Source: an uncultured virus (IMG/VR IMGVR_UViG_3300025108_000030)
Taxonomy: Duplodnaviria > Heunggongvirae > Uroviricota > Caudoviricetes > Kyanoviridae
Reading direction: 5' to 3' (one strand)
IMG/VR virus record: IMGVR_UViG_3300025108_000030
DNA length: 64,000 nucleotides
Part shown: piece after piece, positions 7,782 to 22,700 of the stretch
Layout of the letters: every line of letters begins with the position of its first letter
How positions within the stretch are numbered: position 1 is the stretch's first letter
Program-made: the position numbers and the translations under genes
The notes under the pieces: model-generated
What the model was told of the DNA's origin: nothing
The model's input: only the letters and a program-made list of their open reading frames with translations
Databases searched by the model: none

Positions 7782-10700
7782 ATGGATATCAATAAGGTTT
7801 CAAACGTCTCCTCGTATCAAACTCCTCAGTTTATAGAGAGTGAGTATCCCCTATTCAATAAATTTATTGAATACTATTACCAGTCTCAAGAAAAGACTGG
7901 ATTAGGACAAAATATCGTCAATAATTTTCTTCAATATCTTAATATTGATAAGTTGGATATCAGTATTCTTGATGGTGCTAGTAAACTTGTTGAACCTATT
8001 AGTGTAACTGATACAACAATTACTGTTGAGACTGTAGATCCTTTCCTTGAGAAAAATGGTTCTATTCTAATTGGTGATGAAGTAATTTACTATGAGAAGA
8101 CCGTATCTTCTCCAAACATCGCATTAACCCCTGGTATTTCTTATCCTCAGGTTCAACTTAAGTGGGTTTTGCTTGCCAACAATATGGGAGACTTTGATGG
8201 TACGAGAACCATCTTCCCTTTAGTATCTCAAGATAATCCTATTGGTCCTTCTTCACCACAACACCTTATTGTAAAAGTTTACGGAAAAACTTTAACTCCA
8301 GTAGTAGATTATACTATTAGTGGAACTAATATTGTTTATGAAACTGCTCCTAGGACAGCATTAGCTTCTGATGATATCAGTACTACTAGTATCACATATT
8401 TAAATGGTTTTAGCGAAAATTCTATTGTAAAAGTTGATGATGTTTCTACTGCTTTTGGTGATAACAAAACTACGTTTGAACTGACTGTCAATAACCAAAA
8501 GTATGAACCTGTTGCAGATGAGTTCTTACTTGCCATTTATGACAATAGACTACTTGTACCTAAGGTAGATTATTTTACTGATGGATCTATTTTTGTATTC
8601 AATACACCACCATTGAATGGTAGATCTCTATCTTTATATTCAATTGAGGCACCCATTCCATCTTTTGGTTCTGGTGCTATTGGATATGCTAGGGTAAATG
8701 ATAATGGAAATATTAGTTCTGTAATCCCAAGTACCAATGGTTCTGGGTATAGATTCGATTATCCTCCTAAGGTTAGTGTAAACTCTAGTGTAGGTTCTAG
8801 TGCTTCTGTAAAAACACTGGTAGATGGAATTAAGGAAGTTTCACTACTTAGTGGTGGTGCTGGATATAGTGAAAGTAATCCTCCCACTGTAAAAGTACAA
8901 TTTCCCACAAAAGAGGGATATACAGAACCAACTTTAAAAGCAACAGTAACTAACGGAGAGGTTAGTGCTATTGACATTGTTAGTTCTGGTAGTGGATACA
9001 CATTTACTCCTAGAATCACTTTTGAACAACCTGGTGGTGCTACAGTTGCCGCTCCGACCATTTCTAACGGTTCTATTAGTGGTACTATTAGTATTACTAA
9101 TCCTGGTCAAGGATATACTACTCCTCCTTTGGTGTACATTGACGAACCCACTGGAACTGATGGTATTAAAGCATCATTTACAACTGTATTGACCGATGGT
9201 GAAATTACTGCTGTAAATATTTTAAATGCTGGTCAAGGTTATGAAACTGTACCCAGAATTGCTGTTATTGATCCTGTTGGAGCACAAGTTCTCGAAACCA
9301 TAGTTGATGGAGATGGTAGAGTTATTTCTGTCGAACTTTTGTTTGGCGGTAGCGGATACACAGACGTTCCATCTGTGTATATTGTAGATAATCGCCAAAA
9401 TGATGTTGGTACTTACATTGGGGGAACAGGTGCTACTGCAGTAGCAGCAATCTTCAATGGACAAATCACTGATATCAATATCACCAACTTTGGTTCTGGT
9501 TATAGTGCAGATAATCCTCCTCAAATTGTAATTCAAAAACCTGTTGATGCCAAAGCGTCTGCAGAAGTTGGACTACAGGAAGTTACAGGTTTCTCTGTTC
9601 TTAAATCAGGAACCGAATATACTAAAGCACAATTCCTTGGTTGTGCCAGAGCCGCTTCAGGTATTACTCAATATACGCAAGATGGTAATGCAGTATTCTC
9701 TAATAGCACTGTAGCAGCAGAAGGATCTGTTGATGCCCCTGTGAAGTGTCTAGATGCACTGTTTGTTAAGAGATTACTTGACAAGTATACTGAACAGTTC
9801 TTACCTGATGTTCCTGCACTTGATTATACTAAAATTGATGTACGAACATCGATTAAGACTATTAAAGACTTTTATTCTGCAAAAGGCACATCTTTTAGTA
9901 TTGCATATCTGTTCAAACTTCTTTATGGAGAAACTGTAACAGTTTCATATCCTAAAGATCAAATCATCAAACCTTCTGCAGCAACCTGGTCTGTTGATAC
10001 TGTTTTGCGTGCAACTTTGGTCAGTGGTCTTCCTGAAAATATTCAAGATGGTCTTCTTGAGCAAGTTGCTGATATCTCAGATCCAAATATTTTACAAGCA
10101 ACGGCATTGATTGAGAACTTTATCTCAATTCAAACTGCCCAAGATACAATCTACGAACTTGCACTTTCAGAAGAAACGATTCAAGGTACATTCGTAGTTC
10201 CATATAAAACAAAACTTGCAGAACCTCTTAATACTACAGAAGGTATCATCACTGTTGACTCTACTATTGGTTGGCCAGAAAGAAACGGCGAATTTGTAAT
10301 TTCAACAGGTGTTGGTTCTGAAGTTGTTCAATATAAAGAAAAATCATTAAACCAGTTTATTGAGTGTACTCGTTCTGTTAACGGTGTTGTAGAAGATTGG
10401 GACTCTGCTACTCAGGTATCGTCCAACTTTAACGTATTCATTAATAAAGGGACTGCTCAAGAAGTAGTATTGAATATTGTTGGTATTGTTGATGCTCAAC
10501 AAACAACACTCACCGATACTGGTTCTTATTACTTACCAGGTGATAAACTATTAATCTCTAAATTGGGTGGTACTGGATCAGGTCCAGAACTCACAACTTG
10601 GTTGTATAATGTTAAAAAGTTGATCGAAGTAGGATCAATCACTTTTGGTGGAATTAATAATCAATCTGCCACTGTGACTTGTAACAATCCTCATGGTTTG

Positions 10701-13700
10701 TTAGTTGGAGACCAGGTTACGATTTATGGTGCAAATCCAATCGTTTATAACGGATCTTTCCTTGTAACATCCAGAGATAGTACTACTGTATTCCAGTATC
10801 AACTTCCTCAACCTGCAACAGTAGTTCCTCAAGGTAATATCCTTGTCTCTATTGATTTGAACAAAGGTAAGTCGGATAGTTCTGCAGTTAATAATGCAAT
10901 TAGTCCTTATACAACTAATATTCAGAATACATTCTTCAATACCACAAATACCTATATTGCATCTACAGGTATTCCAAACTATAATATTGGACCTTTCCCT
11001 GGATCTGCGTTACTACCTGGCAACCAACGTAAATTAAATAGATTCCCAATCGTTCCTGTTACAATCTCAACCAAAAACTTAATTGTACCTGGTCCTATTG
11101 GAACATGGGTTAATGGTGTCTCTATTTGGTCTTATAAGTCTGATGTCACTAAAATCTTTGGTTCTGTAACATCAGTTGATATCACTAATGCAGGATCTGG
11201 ATATGATGCTGCATTCCCACCAGCAATTACTATTAGTGGTGGTGAAGGGACTGGAGCAGCAGCAACTGCGACTGTTAATGGTTCTATTAGTGGGGTTACA
11301 GTAACTGAGGGCGGTTCTGGGTATACTTCCTCTCCATTGGTATCTATTGTTGGTGGAGGCGGTTCTGGAGCGTCAGCAACAGCAATTATCACAAAGGGTG
11401 TAGTTTCTAGTATTCTTGTTAACTCTGGAGGAACTGGATATACATCACAACCATCTATTACGGTTGTTGGTGGTGGGGGATCTGGTGCTGAGGGTACTGC
11501 AGCGGTTAGAGGACCAATTCAATCAGTCACTATCACTGATGGTGGAGAATCCTATACATCTAATCCTTCTATTGTCCTTAGTTCTGGTACTGGTGCCGTT
11601 GCACAGGCAATTGTCAACGATGGTCGTATCATTTCAATTGCTATCATTTCTGCAGGTTCTGGGTATACTACAGCACCAGAGGTAACTATCCAAGGAGATG
11701 GTTTTGGTGCTGTTGCTAGAGCAACTATTGATGTTGACGGAGAAAATGCTGGTAAAGTTACTAGGATTGAAATTATCAATAGAGGTATTGGATATAGTCA
11801 AGGTACGACTATTATCAACCTGAACTCTGTTGGTCAAGGTGCTACTTTTGCAGCAAATGTATTCCAATGGACTTATAACTTACAAGAGACGACAACTGTT
11901 GATGCCGCTAAGGGATCTGTATTTGAGGGATTCAATAATCAGTATGGTGGAGAATATGCACACCTTTCCAATCCTCAACGACTTAGATATATTTTAGGTG
12001 ATAACTTATTTGTCAATGTAAATGGACAAATTCTTGAGCAGGATGATCAGTTAGCACACTCTCCTATTATTGGTTGGGCATTTGATGGCAACCCAATTTA
12101 TGGACCTTATGGATATTCAGATCCTACTAATCAGGCTTCTTCAGTTTCTAGATTGGCGACGTCTTTCAGATTAAAGACAAATTTAGTTTATGACGAGATT
12201 ACTAATCCAACTCCTACCAGAACTGCTGGACCTCTCCTATCAGATGAGATTGCAGGTAAGTTTGTAGAAGATTATGAGTATACTTTCGGTTTAGGAGATC
12301 TCGATCAATACAATGGTAGATTCTGTAAGACTCCAGAGTATCCTAACGGTAGATATTGCTACTTTGTAACTATTGATGCTACAGAGGCAGGCAATCCTGT
12401 ATTCCCATATATTCTCGGACCAAGTTTTAACTCGGTTGTTGATACCTGGAATCTTTCTACGAGTGCTGTTCAGCAAAATATTCCTGTTGGTGTTGTTCGT
12501 TATCGCGATCCCTATGAGAATGTAGATATTGATGTTGAGAGAGCACCAAATGCATCTACTAATGGATTGACATTGGAAAATGGAGATCTTCTAACCTTTG
12601 ACGTAGAAGACGAAAATAGAGATGGTGTTATCACTGCAGACGAAATTGCAGATCCAGATCAAATCTTTGAAGAATCTCCATTACAACTGTTTGATTACTT
12701 CCCAACAGTAAAACTGGACTCTAAGGTTGATATTGAAGTTGAAACTATTACTAAATTTGAGGATGCTTCAATTACAGGATTTGTTGTTGAAAATTCTGGT
12801 ATCAACTATCAAGTAGACGATAGACTTATCTTTGATAATACAGATACTGGTGGCGATGGTGCTTCTGCACGAATTTCCAGAATTAAGGGAGAATCAGTTT
12901 CTGGATATACCTTTGAGAATGTTAGTGGTGATAATTTCGGAGTACTAACTACTAGTGTTCCACATAACTTACAACTCGGCGATTCCGTTTTTGTAGATTA
13001 TACTCCTATAATGGATAACACAAATAAATCATTTGTAGTTCGCCAATATAAAGGTATTGAAGAGATTGTAATTACACAATCTGGTTCTGGATATAACGAA
13101 GATATTCCTCCTTCTCTCATTATTGATGGAGATGGCGTTTCGGGAGATCTTGAAGCAATTGTTACTAGTGTCGGATCGATTGATACGGTAAATATTCTTA
13201 ATTCTGGTTCTGGATACAGTGCTAATCCTAGAGTTATTACTAGCCATCCTCAAGTATTCAAAAAAGCAGAATATATTGTTTCTAAAATTGAAAACAATGA
13301 GAATGTAAAAGTTAATGATGTATTTGTAAACAGTGGTAAAGAAATTTTCATCTGTGGTAAAACTTTAGATTCTAGTGGCAACAGTGTTGCATTTGTTTCC
13401 AAACTTTCCACGACAGGTGTTAAAGAATGGGAAAAAACGTTAGAACTTACTTCTGGAACCGAATATGCAGAGTTCCAGAAACTTTATGTTGATGGCGATG
13501 ATATCTGGGTAGTTGGTGTCAACCGTCCAAATATCTTAGTTTTGGATGCATATAATCCAGATATCATTTTAGTGAAGTATACACAATCTGCCAATGGATT
13601 GAGTGCATCACTTCAGTTCCAAAAAGGATATTCAGGAATCTCTGGTTCTACTAGAGCTGATAATATTACATGTATTAAGAAATACTCAGATACTCGATAT

Positions 13701-16700
13701 GTAATTGGAGGATTTACTAATACTAACTCAGGAAGTCCTTTTGATGCATTTATTGCTTTAGTTGATACTGCTGGTAGTTTTGCAATTAAGAGAAAAATTG
13801 CTTCTGTAGATGATTCTGAAAAACTTACCGATATTGTTGTAAGTGGTGATGATATTTACTTCACCTTAGAAACTTCTAATACTATCAATGATAACAATGT
13901 TAATGTTGCCTTTGGTAAAGCACTTGTAGGAGTCAATGCAATTGAGATTGACTTTATTAAAGAGTATAGTAATGCTGGATATTCATTCTTAGATAGTAGT
14001 CTTGCTATTGATGAATTTAATGAACTTTATATCAATGCCACACTTAGAGCAAAGAGTGATAATGTCACTAGAGACAGTGTTTGGGTTGGTAAAGTTGATG
14101 TTACTGGTGATTTTGTTTGGAACTACAGGTATCTTGCTCCAGGTAGAGATGTAAATGCTATTGGACAATGTGCTATCGATATTTTTGGCGATTTAAATAT
14201 TGCTTTCAATAGAGTAGATAATACCACTGGTCTTAAAACTGTAGATACAGTTAAGATTGGATATGATGGTGTAGTCAAAAATCATACAACTAATGAGTTT
14301 AATGAGAATAGAGTTGTTGGCATTACAGCAAATGCTATGGATGTGGACAACTCTGGTGATGTATATGTCTTTGGTCAAACTTCATGGAACAGAAACGAAT
14401 TTTTACTTGAGTTTACTGGTGGTGCTACTACAGATACCTTTGGTAACTATACCCCGACGTTTGTTGGTAATGATGCAACACAGTCACTGCATTTAGATGG
14501 TGGACTTGCAAAACTTTATGGTAGAGATATTGCAACTCCTGCTAATTGGGAAAATGCATATATTGAATTCCCCAACAACACCTTAGGCAATTCACTTAAT
14601 GAAAACTGGACTTTAGAGTTCATGTTATATCAGGATTCTGCTTCTACTGATACACATAATCAAGATCAACAAACTTTAGTTGCTATTGGTGATGCTACCG
14701 ATGCAACTGGTGGTCTCTGGTTGTATTATGATCGCACTTCAGCAGGTCCATCTGGAAAATTGGAGTTGGTTGTAACTAACAACACCACATCTATCAATTC
14801 TTCTAGCGGTGCAGTACAGTCTACGCTGTCTACAATGTTTGCTGATGATACTTGGCAATTTATTGGATTGAAGAAGGAAGGTAATGTATTTACAGTTTAT
14901 GTAAATGGTATTAGTGTCATTACTGCTACTGTTGCTGATACATCCTTCACATCCAAGAAACTTTATATCGGTAATATTGCTGGTAGAGATGGAACACCTG
15001 GAAGTTACAGAAAAGATGAGCAAGGTCAGTATTTTGTAGATAATCTCAAACTGAGAAATCGTGCAATTGTTCCTACAGTTCCTTCTGACGTATCTGTTCT
15101 ACCTACTAATGGTGCATTTGCTTTAAGTTATAGTTGGACTGATACAGCATGGTTCAGTGCATACAATGATGTATATGATTATATTGATTTTTCTGGTTGG
15201 GGTGTAAAAGTTGATAAAGATGCTGATGCCGCAAGAATTGGTGATCAAGGTATTCAACTAACTACTCAACTTGGGTATGTTCGTACTGCAGTTACTCCTG
15301 TAACAGGTAGTGCCTTAACTATTGGTAATACAGGATTCGCTTTAGGTTCTTTAGGTCTTCAATCTTTAGATTTTGATGACGCATCAACTGTAATGGTAGA
15401 AGATACCGAAACATTGACATATACTAAAGATATTTGGAGTACCAGAACTGCCACGATTCCTTCTCCTGGATCACAGAAACTGATTATTAGTGCAGTTGTT
15501 AAGGATAGGTATTACTTTAAAATTACTGACACCGTTAAAATTGACAATGTTCAAATTTTAACTATTAATCAGGCGTTTAGATTCACTGTCGGTACAAAGT
15601 TAACTTTGAATGACTCTAGTGGAGCTTTTGTCAATAGCGGTTATATTACAAAAGTTGATAATGAAAACAATAAAGTATATCTTGCAATTAATAACAATTC
15701 TTGGACTAATGACTTAAATGCGGGTCAACTTTCCACATCTCAATTTAGTGAGCAAGATACCTATGGTATTGTTGGACCAATTCCTCTTGATATCAACCAA
15801 ATCGATTCATATACATTTGCTCAAGTAGATAATACTACTCCTGGAACTTTTACTATCGATCTCGACAAGTATAACTTGGATGGTACTTTCAATGCAGCAG
15901 GTGGTCAGAATCTAGATTCCTTTGCTCAGTTCAAACCATATTCCGACGATGATTATGCAGTTAGAATTGATGAAATCTCAGGATCTTCTACATTCATTGT
16001 AGGATCTGTAGTTACTATAAACGGTGGAGACATTAGTTATAATGCTGCATACAGCACAGCAACTATTACTAATCTCACTGGTGTACTTAAGATTACGTTA
16101 GTTGCTAATCTAACAAAGATTCTTAGAGTTACTGCTGTAGCAAATAGTGATGAAGTCTATGTCATCACAGGTACTAGACACTATTTGACTCCTGGATCTA
16201 TGTTGAACTTGGATGGAAATCCATCTGAAACTGTTGGTGGAACTGTTTATGATGAATATGATGGTTCATTCCCTGTAGATACTGTAATTAGTCCTCTAGA
16301 GTTCACATACAAACTTCCACAGGCAGCAATTACAAGTCCTGCTACTAGTGCTAGTGATGTTAGCATCTACATCAAATCACCTGTTTTGAAAATGTATTAT
16401 GGTCACCAGTATTTGTTTGACCTTAGTCACTCTTCAATGGTTGGTGGTAATTTATCTTTCGCAAAAGATCCTCTTTACAAACTTGAGTATTCATTCAACT
16501 CTATTGAAAGAGTTGGAATTCCTGGAGTAACTGGCGAAGGTGCCACTACACCTACCGTTAAGTTCAAAGTTGATGAAGATATTGTAACAAACATTTCGTA
16601 CTACTTCGATCCCTCTAGGGTTGGTGACAACGATTCACCTATCATTCAAGGTAGTTATCTTGATGTTGTTGGATCTCCATATAGAGGAACATTCCAAGTT

Positions 16701-19700
16701 AGTGGTATTGATGGTGCAACTATTACTAGAGGAGCAGATCAGATCAAATTCCCTCTAGTAAATGAACCCGAAGGTAATGCTGACGTCTCTAGAGTATCTT
16801 ATTCAACTAGTTCTAGAAGAGCAGTTGGTTCGATCGATAGCATTCGTATTGTTAATCCTGGTGGATTCTACACAAGACTTCCGATTGTTTCCAGCATTCA
16901 ATCTACAAGACAGATTGAAAGAGTTACCATCAACGAACCTGGTACTGAATATGCTGTAGGACAATATACAGGCGTTCCTATTGCTGGTGATGGTGAAGGT
17001 GGTTTCGTCACAATTACAGTTGCTGATGGAACTGATAGCGAAGGCGGTGCAATTCCTGGACAAGTTCAAAGCGTTCTTGTTACATCAGCAGGAAAAGGAT
17101 ATACCACAGCATCTGTTGACATTGATTCTATACCAGGCATTCTTGGTGCTGGTCTAACTGGTTCTGGTGCTGAAGTTACTGTAGTCATCCCCCCATTTGG
17201 AACAGCGGCATCTATCTTTACTGTAGGTTCTAGTGTTGGTAAGATCAAAAAACTGAAAAATAATAACTTTGGTTATGATTATCCCCATGACTATACATTA
17301 CGTCCTGAAATTACATTCCCGATCAATGCACAGTTAACATCTACTAGTATTTTGGATAGTGTTACAGTCACTGATCCTGGTTCTGGTTATTCTCAGGCAC
17401 CTGCAGTTATTATTACTGGTGGTGGCGGTAGTGGTGCTATTGCCCAATCCACTATTAAGAATGGTCGTTTGGATAGGATTGAAGTTAAAGATCCTGGTCT
17501 TGGTTATTCGTCTACACCAGCTGTAGAACTGAAATCTTCCTTTAACTATGTTGTTAACCTAGATTTGGGACTCTTACAGTTCTCCTTCCCACATGGTATT
17601 GCACAAGGTTCAGAAATTACTCTTAATGTAGTAGATACTGGCGATGGTGCAGATTTCCCAATCGCTGCTGGTGCAGTTGGTAGATTGAACGGTCTTACTA
17701 CTTATTATGCAATTGCTGGAACGGCAAATTCTCTTGAAGATGATCAGTTAAAATTTGCGATTACTCCAGCAAACGCAGCACTTGGTGATGCATTAGCATT
17801 TACTAATGCTGGTACAGGTCGTCAGCAAGTTCTTACAACATCTTTCGGTGGTGCAGCAACAGCAAATGTTATTACATCAACTTTCCTTGAGGGTGAGCAA
17901 GTTTATCAAGGCAGTTCCTTTGAAAATGCTACTGCATTTGGATTTGTCTCTACAAATAACGGTTGGCAAGTTGGACCTAGAATTGTAAAAATCGTTGATT
18001 ACACTGGAGACTTCAACATCGGTGAATCTGTAACAGGTGTTATTTCTAAATCTTCTGGTACTATTAGTTCCTTGAATATCGCTACTGGTGTTCTGGATGT
18101 TGGATCTATTACAGAAACCTCTGGTCAATTTATTGATGATGTTGGTAAACCCTCTGAGATCATTCAGAAGATCCAAGACTCCTATTATTATCAGGACTTC
18201 TCTTATGCAGTTAAGTCTGCAATTTCAATCAATGATTGGAAAGATATTCTTATCAAGAATGTTCACCCTGCATCATTCAAAGTTTTTGGTGAACTTAATC
18301 TAAATGAGTATGGATTTGTTCCTAATAAGGAAACATTCTTCCAACTGACAAAATCAGTTGAACTTGCAAGACAAGCAACTGTTCCAAATATTCAAAGTTT
18401 TGCTCTGGTTGAACCTGTATATACTGCGTTCGATAATACTGAGGTATTGTTCCGTCAGAAACGACTGACTTCTTCGGAGAACATCTTAACATCAGTTGTT
18501 CAAAGACTTGACGATATTTCTAATCTATTTGATGGTGAGAGAATTGCATTCCCACTACAAATTGATGGATCAAACGTTGTTGCAAACGCAAATCAGTTGA
18601 TGATCATTTTGAATGGTGTTGTACAAACTCCAGATACAGCATTTGAAGTTCAAAACGATTCTATTGTCTTTGCCGAACCACCTCAACCTCCTGCTAGTGT
18701 CAAGTATGTAAATGTAACTATTCAACCAATTCAGGTTTATAAATTTACAATCACTAATAATAGTGGTATTTTCCCAAGCACTAATAACACTGTCCTAGGA
18801 ACACAGTCTGGATCAAGACTTACTGTTACTAGTGTTGTTGGTGATGATATCTTCGGTTTTATTGCCGAAGGTAATGTTGGTATTGTTACTGCACTTGATA
18901 ATGCCACACTAACTGGTGGTGCTGGTTATACTGATGGAACTTATACAAATGTCTCTACAACTTCTAGTGGTGTCGGTACAGGACTTACTGTCAATATTAC
19001 TGTTGCTTCTGGTGCTGTAACACAGGCAAGTATCAACAGTGTTGGTGTTGGATATGCATCCTCCGAAGTTATCACAATCACAGGTGGTACTACATCAGCA
19101 ACTATTGCAGTCACTAGTGTTAGTGGATTCAATATCAACGAACTGATCAGTGTTGGTGCAACTGGATTTACTGCAACTCTCACAGAAATTACTCCAATAT
19201 CCAATCTCAATCTGTTTAGTTTCAATGAACAGATTAAGAATCTGACGGGTAAAATTGCTATAGTTGAAGAAGTTAACCTGGAAACAGGGGACGCTGTTCC
19301 TCTTGCAGATTTAAGATACACTATTGGTGCAGGAACAACTTCTATTGAAATTATTGCTTCTTCTGCACTCTATGATACTGCAGTTCCAGAAGGAGTATTT
19401 ACTATAGGTGCTAACTATCAACTGGGAGCAGAGATTGTTACTGTATCCGATGTTACAGTTGGACCCGATTCAACTACGCTGACTGTACAGAGAGGACAAT
19501 TAGGAACAACTGCAACTTCTCACCAAGAAGATCTGCCTGTATATGGTACTGACATTAATATTACTAATGAATTGGCATTGAGTAAGACCGTAGGTACATA
19601 TCAGTCAAAACCTGGTCTATTCGATATTCAACTCGATGATGTCATTATTGGATCTCAGTCAGGTGTTGTTGCTAGAATTACCTCAACATCTGCATATCAA

Positions 19701-22700
19701 GATCCCGTCACAAGCGAGTTTATTGAACAGGTTAATATTTCTGATGGATCATCTTTCTTTGGTCTATTGTTCAACAGATTGACGTCTGCTTCATATCCTA
19801 ATGTTATTCTTGATAATATTTCCGAGTCTCAAGTAAATATTGTCGATTTTACCGATAACACTACAGACTTTGATGCCAAGTTCCCTGGAACTGAGTTTAT
19901 TAGCAATTTAGTTATCCCTTATGACAATGCTACAGGTACATTCCAAGAAAACGAAGTTATTCGCAACTACAAACTTGGATATGGCAATGTAACAGGCAGT
20001 TTCAACTCTGCTGAGGATATGGTCACCAAGAAACTTGCTTTTGATGGTAGAGTTGGGTCTGGATTCTTCCAACTCGGACAAGTCATTAGAACTCAAGATA
20101 CTAAAGGTGAGGTTATTGGATACAATCAAGCACTTTCCACAATCTATCTGGGTAAAGTAGGTAGAACTCTTTCTACTGGCGAAGATTACCATCAGGTTAC
20201 TTTTGCGAACAATGCTCAATTAGATACCGATCAAAGTCATTATGGATTGACGTCTCTACTGCTTGACGGTACTGGAGATTATCTGTCTATCCCAACTTCT
20301 ACTGAATTTGGTTTTGGTACGGGTGCATTTACAATCGAATGTTGGATTCGTCCTTCAAGCGTTACAGGAACTCAGCAAATCTTTGATTTTAGAGCGACTG
20401 CCACTGAAGTTTCTTCAGAACTGCTACTTGTAGGAACAAATCTTAACTACAGAGTTAACGGTTCTACTACAATCACTGGAACGGCAACTCTTGAAGTAGA
20501 TACTTGGTATCATGTCGCTATCTCAAGAAATGCTGCTACAACTAAGTTATTTGTTAACGGAACACAGGATGGTGGAGATTTTGCTGATGGTGGCAACTAC
20601 GGATCCACTAAACCAATCATCATAGGTGCCTCCTATGCCTTTGGAGACGGTTTCGCTGGTCATATCGATGAGTTCAGAGTATCTAACACTTCGCGCTATC
20701 AGACGACATTTACTGCCCCTACAGGAATCTTCCAGGGTGATGCTAATACTAAGTTACTACTTCACTTTGAAGGTGCTGACACTCAAACATACATTGAGGA
20801 TTGGTCTGGTGGTGAGTCGTTTACAGACAACGAAGACTTCAACAACGATGCCATTCTCAAGAACTGGAATGAAAATTCCACAAATCTTCCTGCTGGATTC
20901 GCAGGTAAGTCACAACGATATTATGATGCTGCCAACTTAATCGAATCTAATAAAGAATTCGTTGCTAAGGAAGCAGTTTACTTACTGACTCAACAGTATC
21001 CATCACTCGTAATTCCTGGTGGTAACGTAAATTGTGAAGATGATGTTCGCGATATCCTTACTGCTTTGATTGAGGATCTCCGTAACGGATGTAATAGTCA
21101 CATCTGGGATGCTTCGGCATTGTATGTTAATAGAACTGTTAATCCTGTGACAATTAGTCATGTTGATACAGAAGTTACAGAAACTGTCTGGGCTTACGAT
21201 AAAGTCAAAGATATTCTTCAATATATCATCAATAATACTCTCTGGTCTGTTTCTGGCAGTCATGGCGTAAGACAAATCACTGATACCACAATTACTGATT
21301 CTTCAACATCATCCTTTACCACAATTCAACCATCAGCAATTTCGTATGATGCTGCTACTGGTGATATGGTTATGACATCAGGCGGTCATGGATTAACGAC
21401 AGCAAATACAATCGCTATTGCTGCAGAGTCATTGACATTCACATGTGCCAGTGATGGTAATGAGAGAGAATTGGTTCATCCTCGTGTGAGTGATACTAGA
21501 GCATATAATCAGGTTCTTGCAATCACTGCGGTTACAACCGATACTTTCACTGTCAATGTCGGAGCATCTCCAACTGAGCAGCAGTATGGTCATACATTTG
21601 TAAGTGCATCTTCTAATGCGGTTACAGTTCTTGATTACAGTACAGGTGATTGTGCTGATGTATATTCCACGATTGGCAACCTTCTGGATATCCTTACAGA
21701 TACCCTTGAGCAAGCAGATCTTGGTACTCCTGTAGATCACTTGGCAACTATCACTAAGGTAGAAACCAATTATGAATTTGTTGGCGCTACTGTAAATGCA
21801 TTCCTCGAAGTTCCGTTTACCACCACATATCATAGTGCTGCTTCGGATATCTTATATACCAATAGGATTGACGTTTCTGCTCGTGGAAGATTCCGTGATG
21901 CTTCAAATCTTATCAATTCAAATGCTGCAGTTATTGTTGATAAAGCAGCACATGATATGCTCACTAGGTATCCAGATCTTGCTGTTGATATGCCTAGAAA
22001 CGCTGCTGGTGGCAGCACCGATGGAACTCTTCGCTGTAAGACTGACTTAGGTCTGATCTTATCAGGAATGGCGAAAGATATTTACGATGGAGGAAACTTC
22101 TTCACTGTTCAGGCTGCTAACTTCTATATTGGTGAAAACGATGAACTTAGACATATTCGTCTGCAAGTATGGCAGTCGGTATATGCTCATGAGAGACTTG
22201 GATTCTACGCTAAGCAAGCAGTTACAGGCGATCTAACTTATGACAATACTGACAATATTATCGTTGGTGATTGGGGTATTACTAATGACGCAGGCAACTG
22301 TGCAAATGTCCAATCCGCTATCGATACATTAGTTAGCACTATCAATGATATCATCGCTCCAACTAGCGAAGACTTCAATATTGCTGGTGACAGACTGTAC
22401 TTCAACCGCGAATATATTGCAGAAGAAATTACAGGTCTTACTGCAGCATATTTGACATATCAAGTCGATAACTCAAATCAAGTAGCATACACATATGACA
22501 CTGCTAAGTGTGAGCGTGATATTAAGTTACTGATTACTGCAATCATCTCCGACCTACAGACAGGTGGTAATAACAGTACAGTTGATAACATGAATCTGTA
22601 CTTAACTGCTAATGGAGAACTGAATCATGTAGAAGAAGAACTTCTTCCTACAGTATTTGCCTTTGAGCAGATTAGAACACTTGGTGAAAAAGCAATAAGA

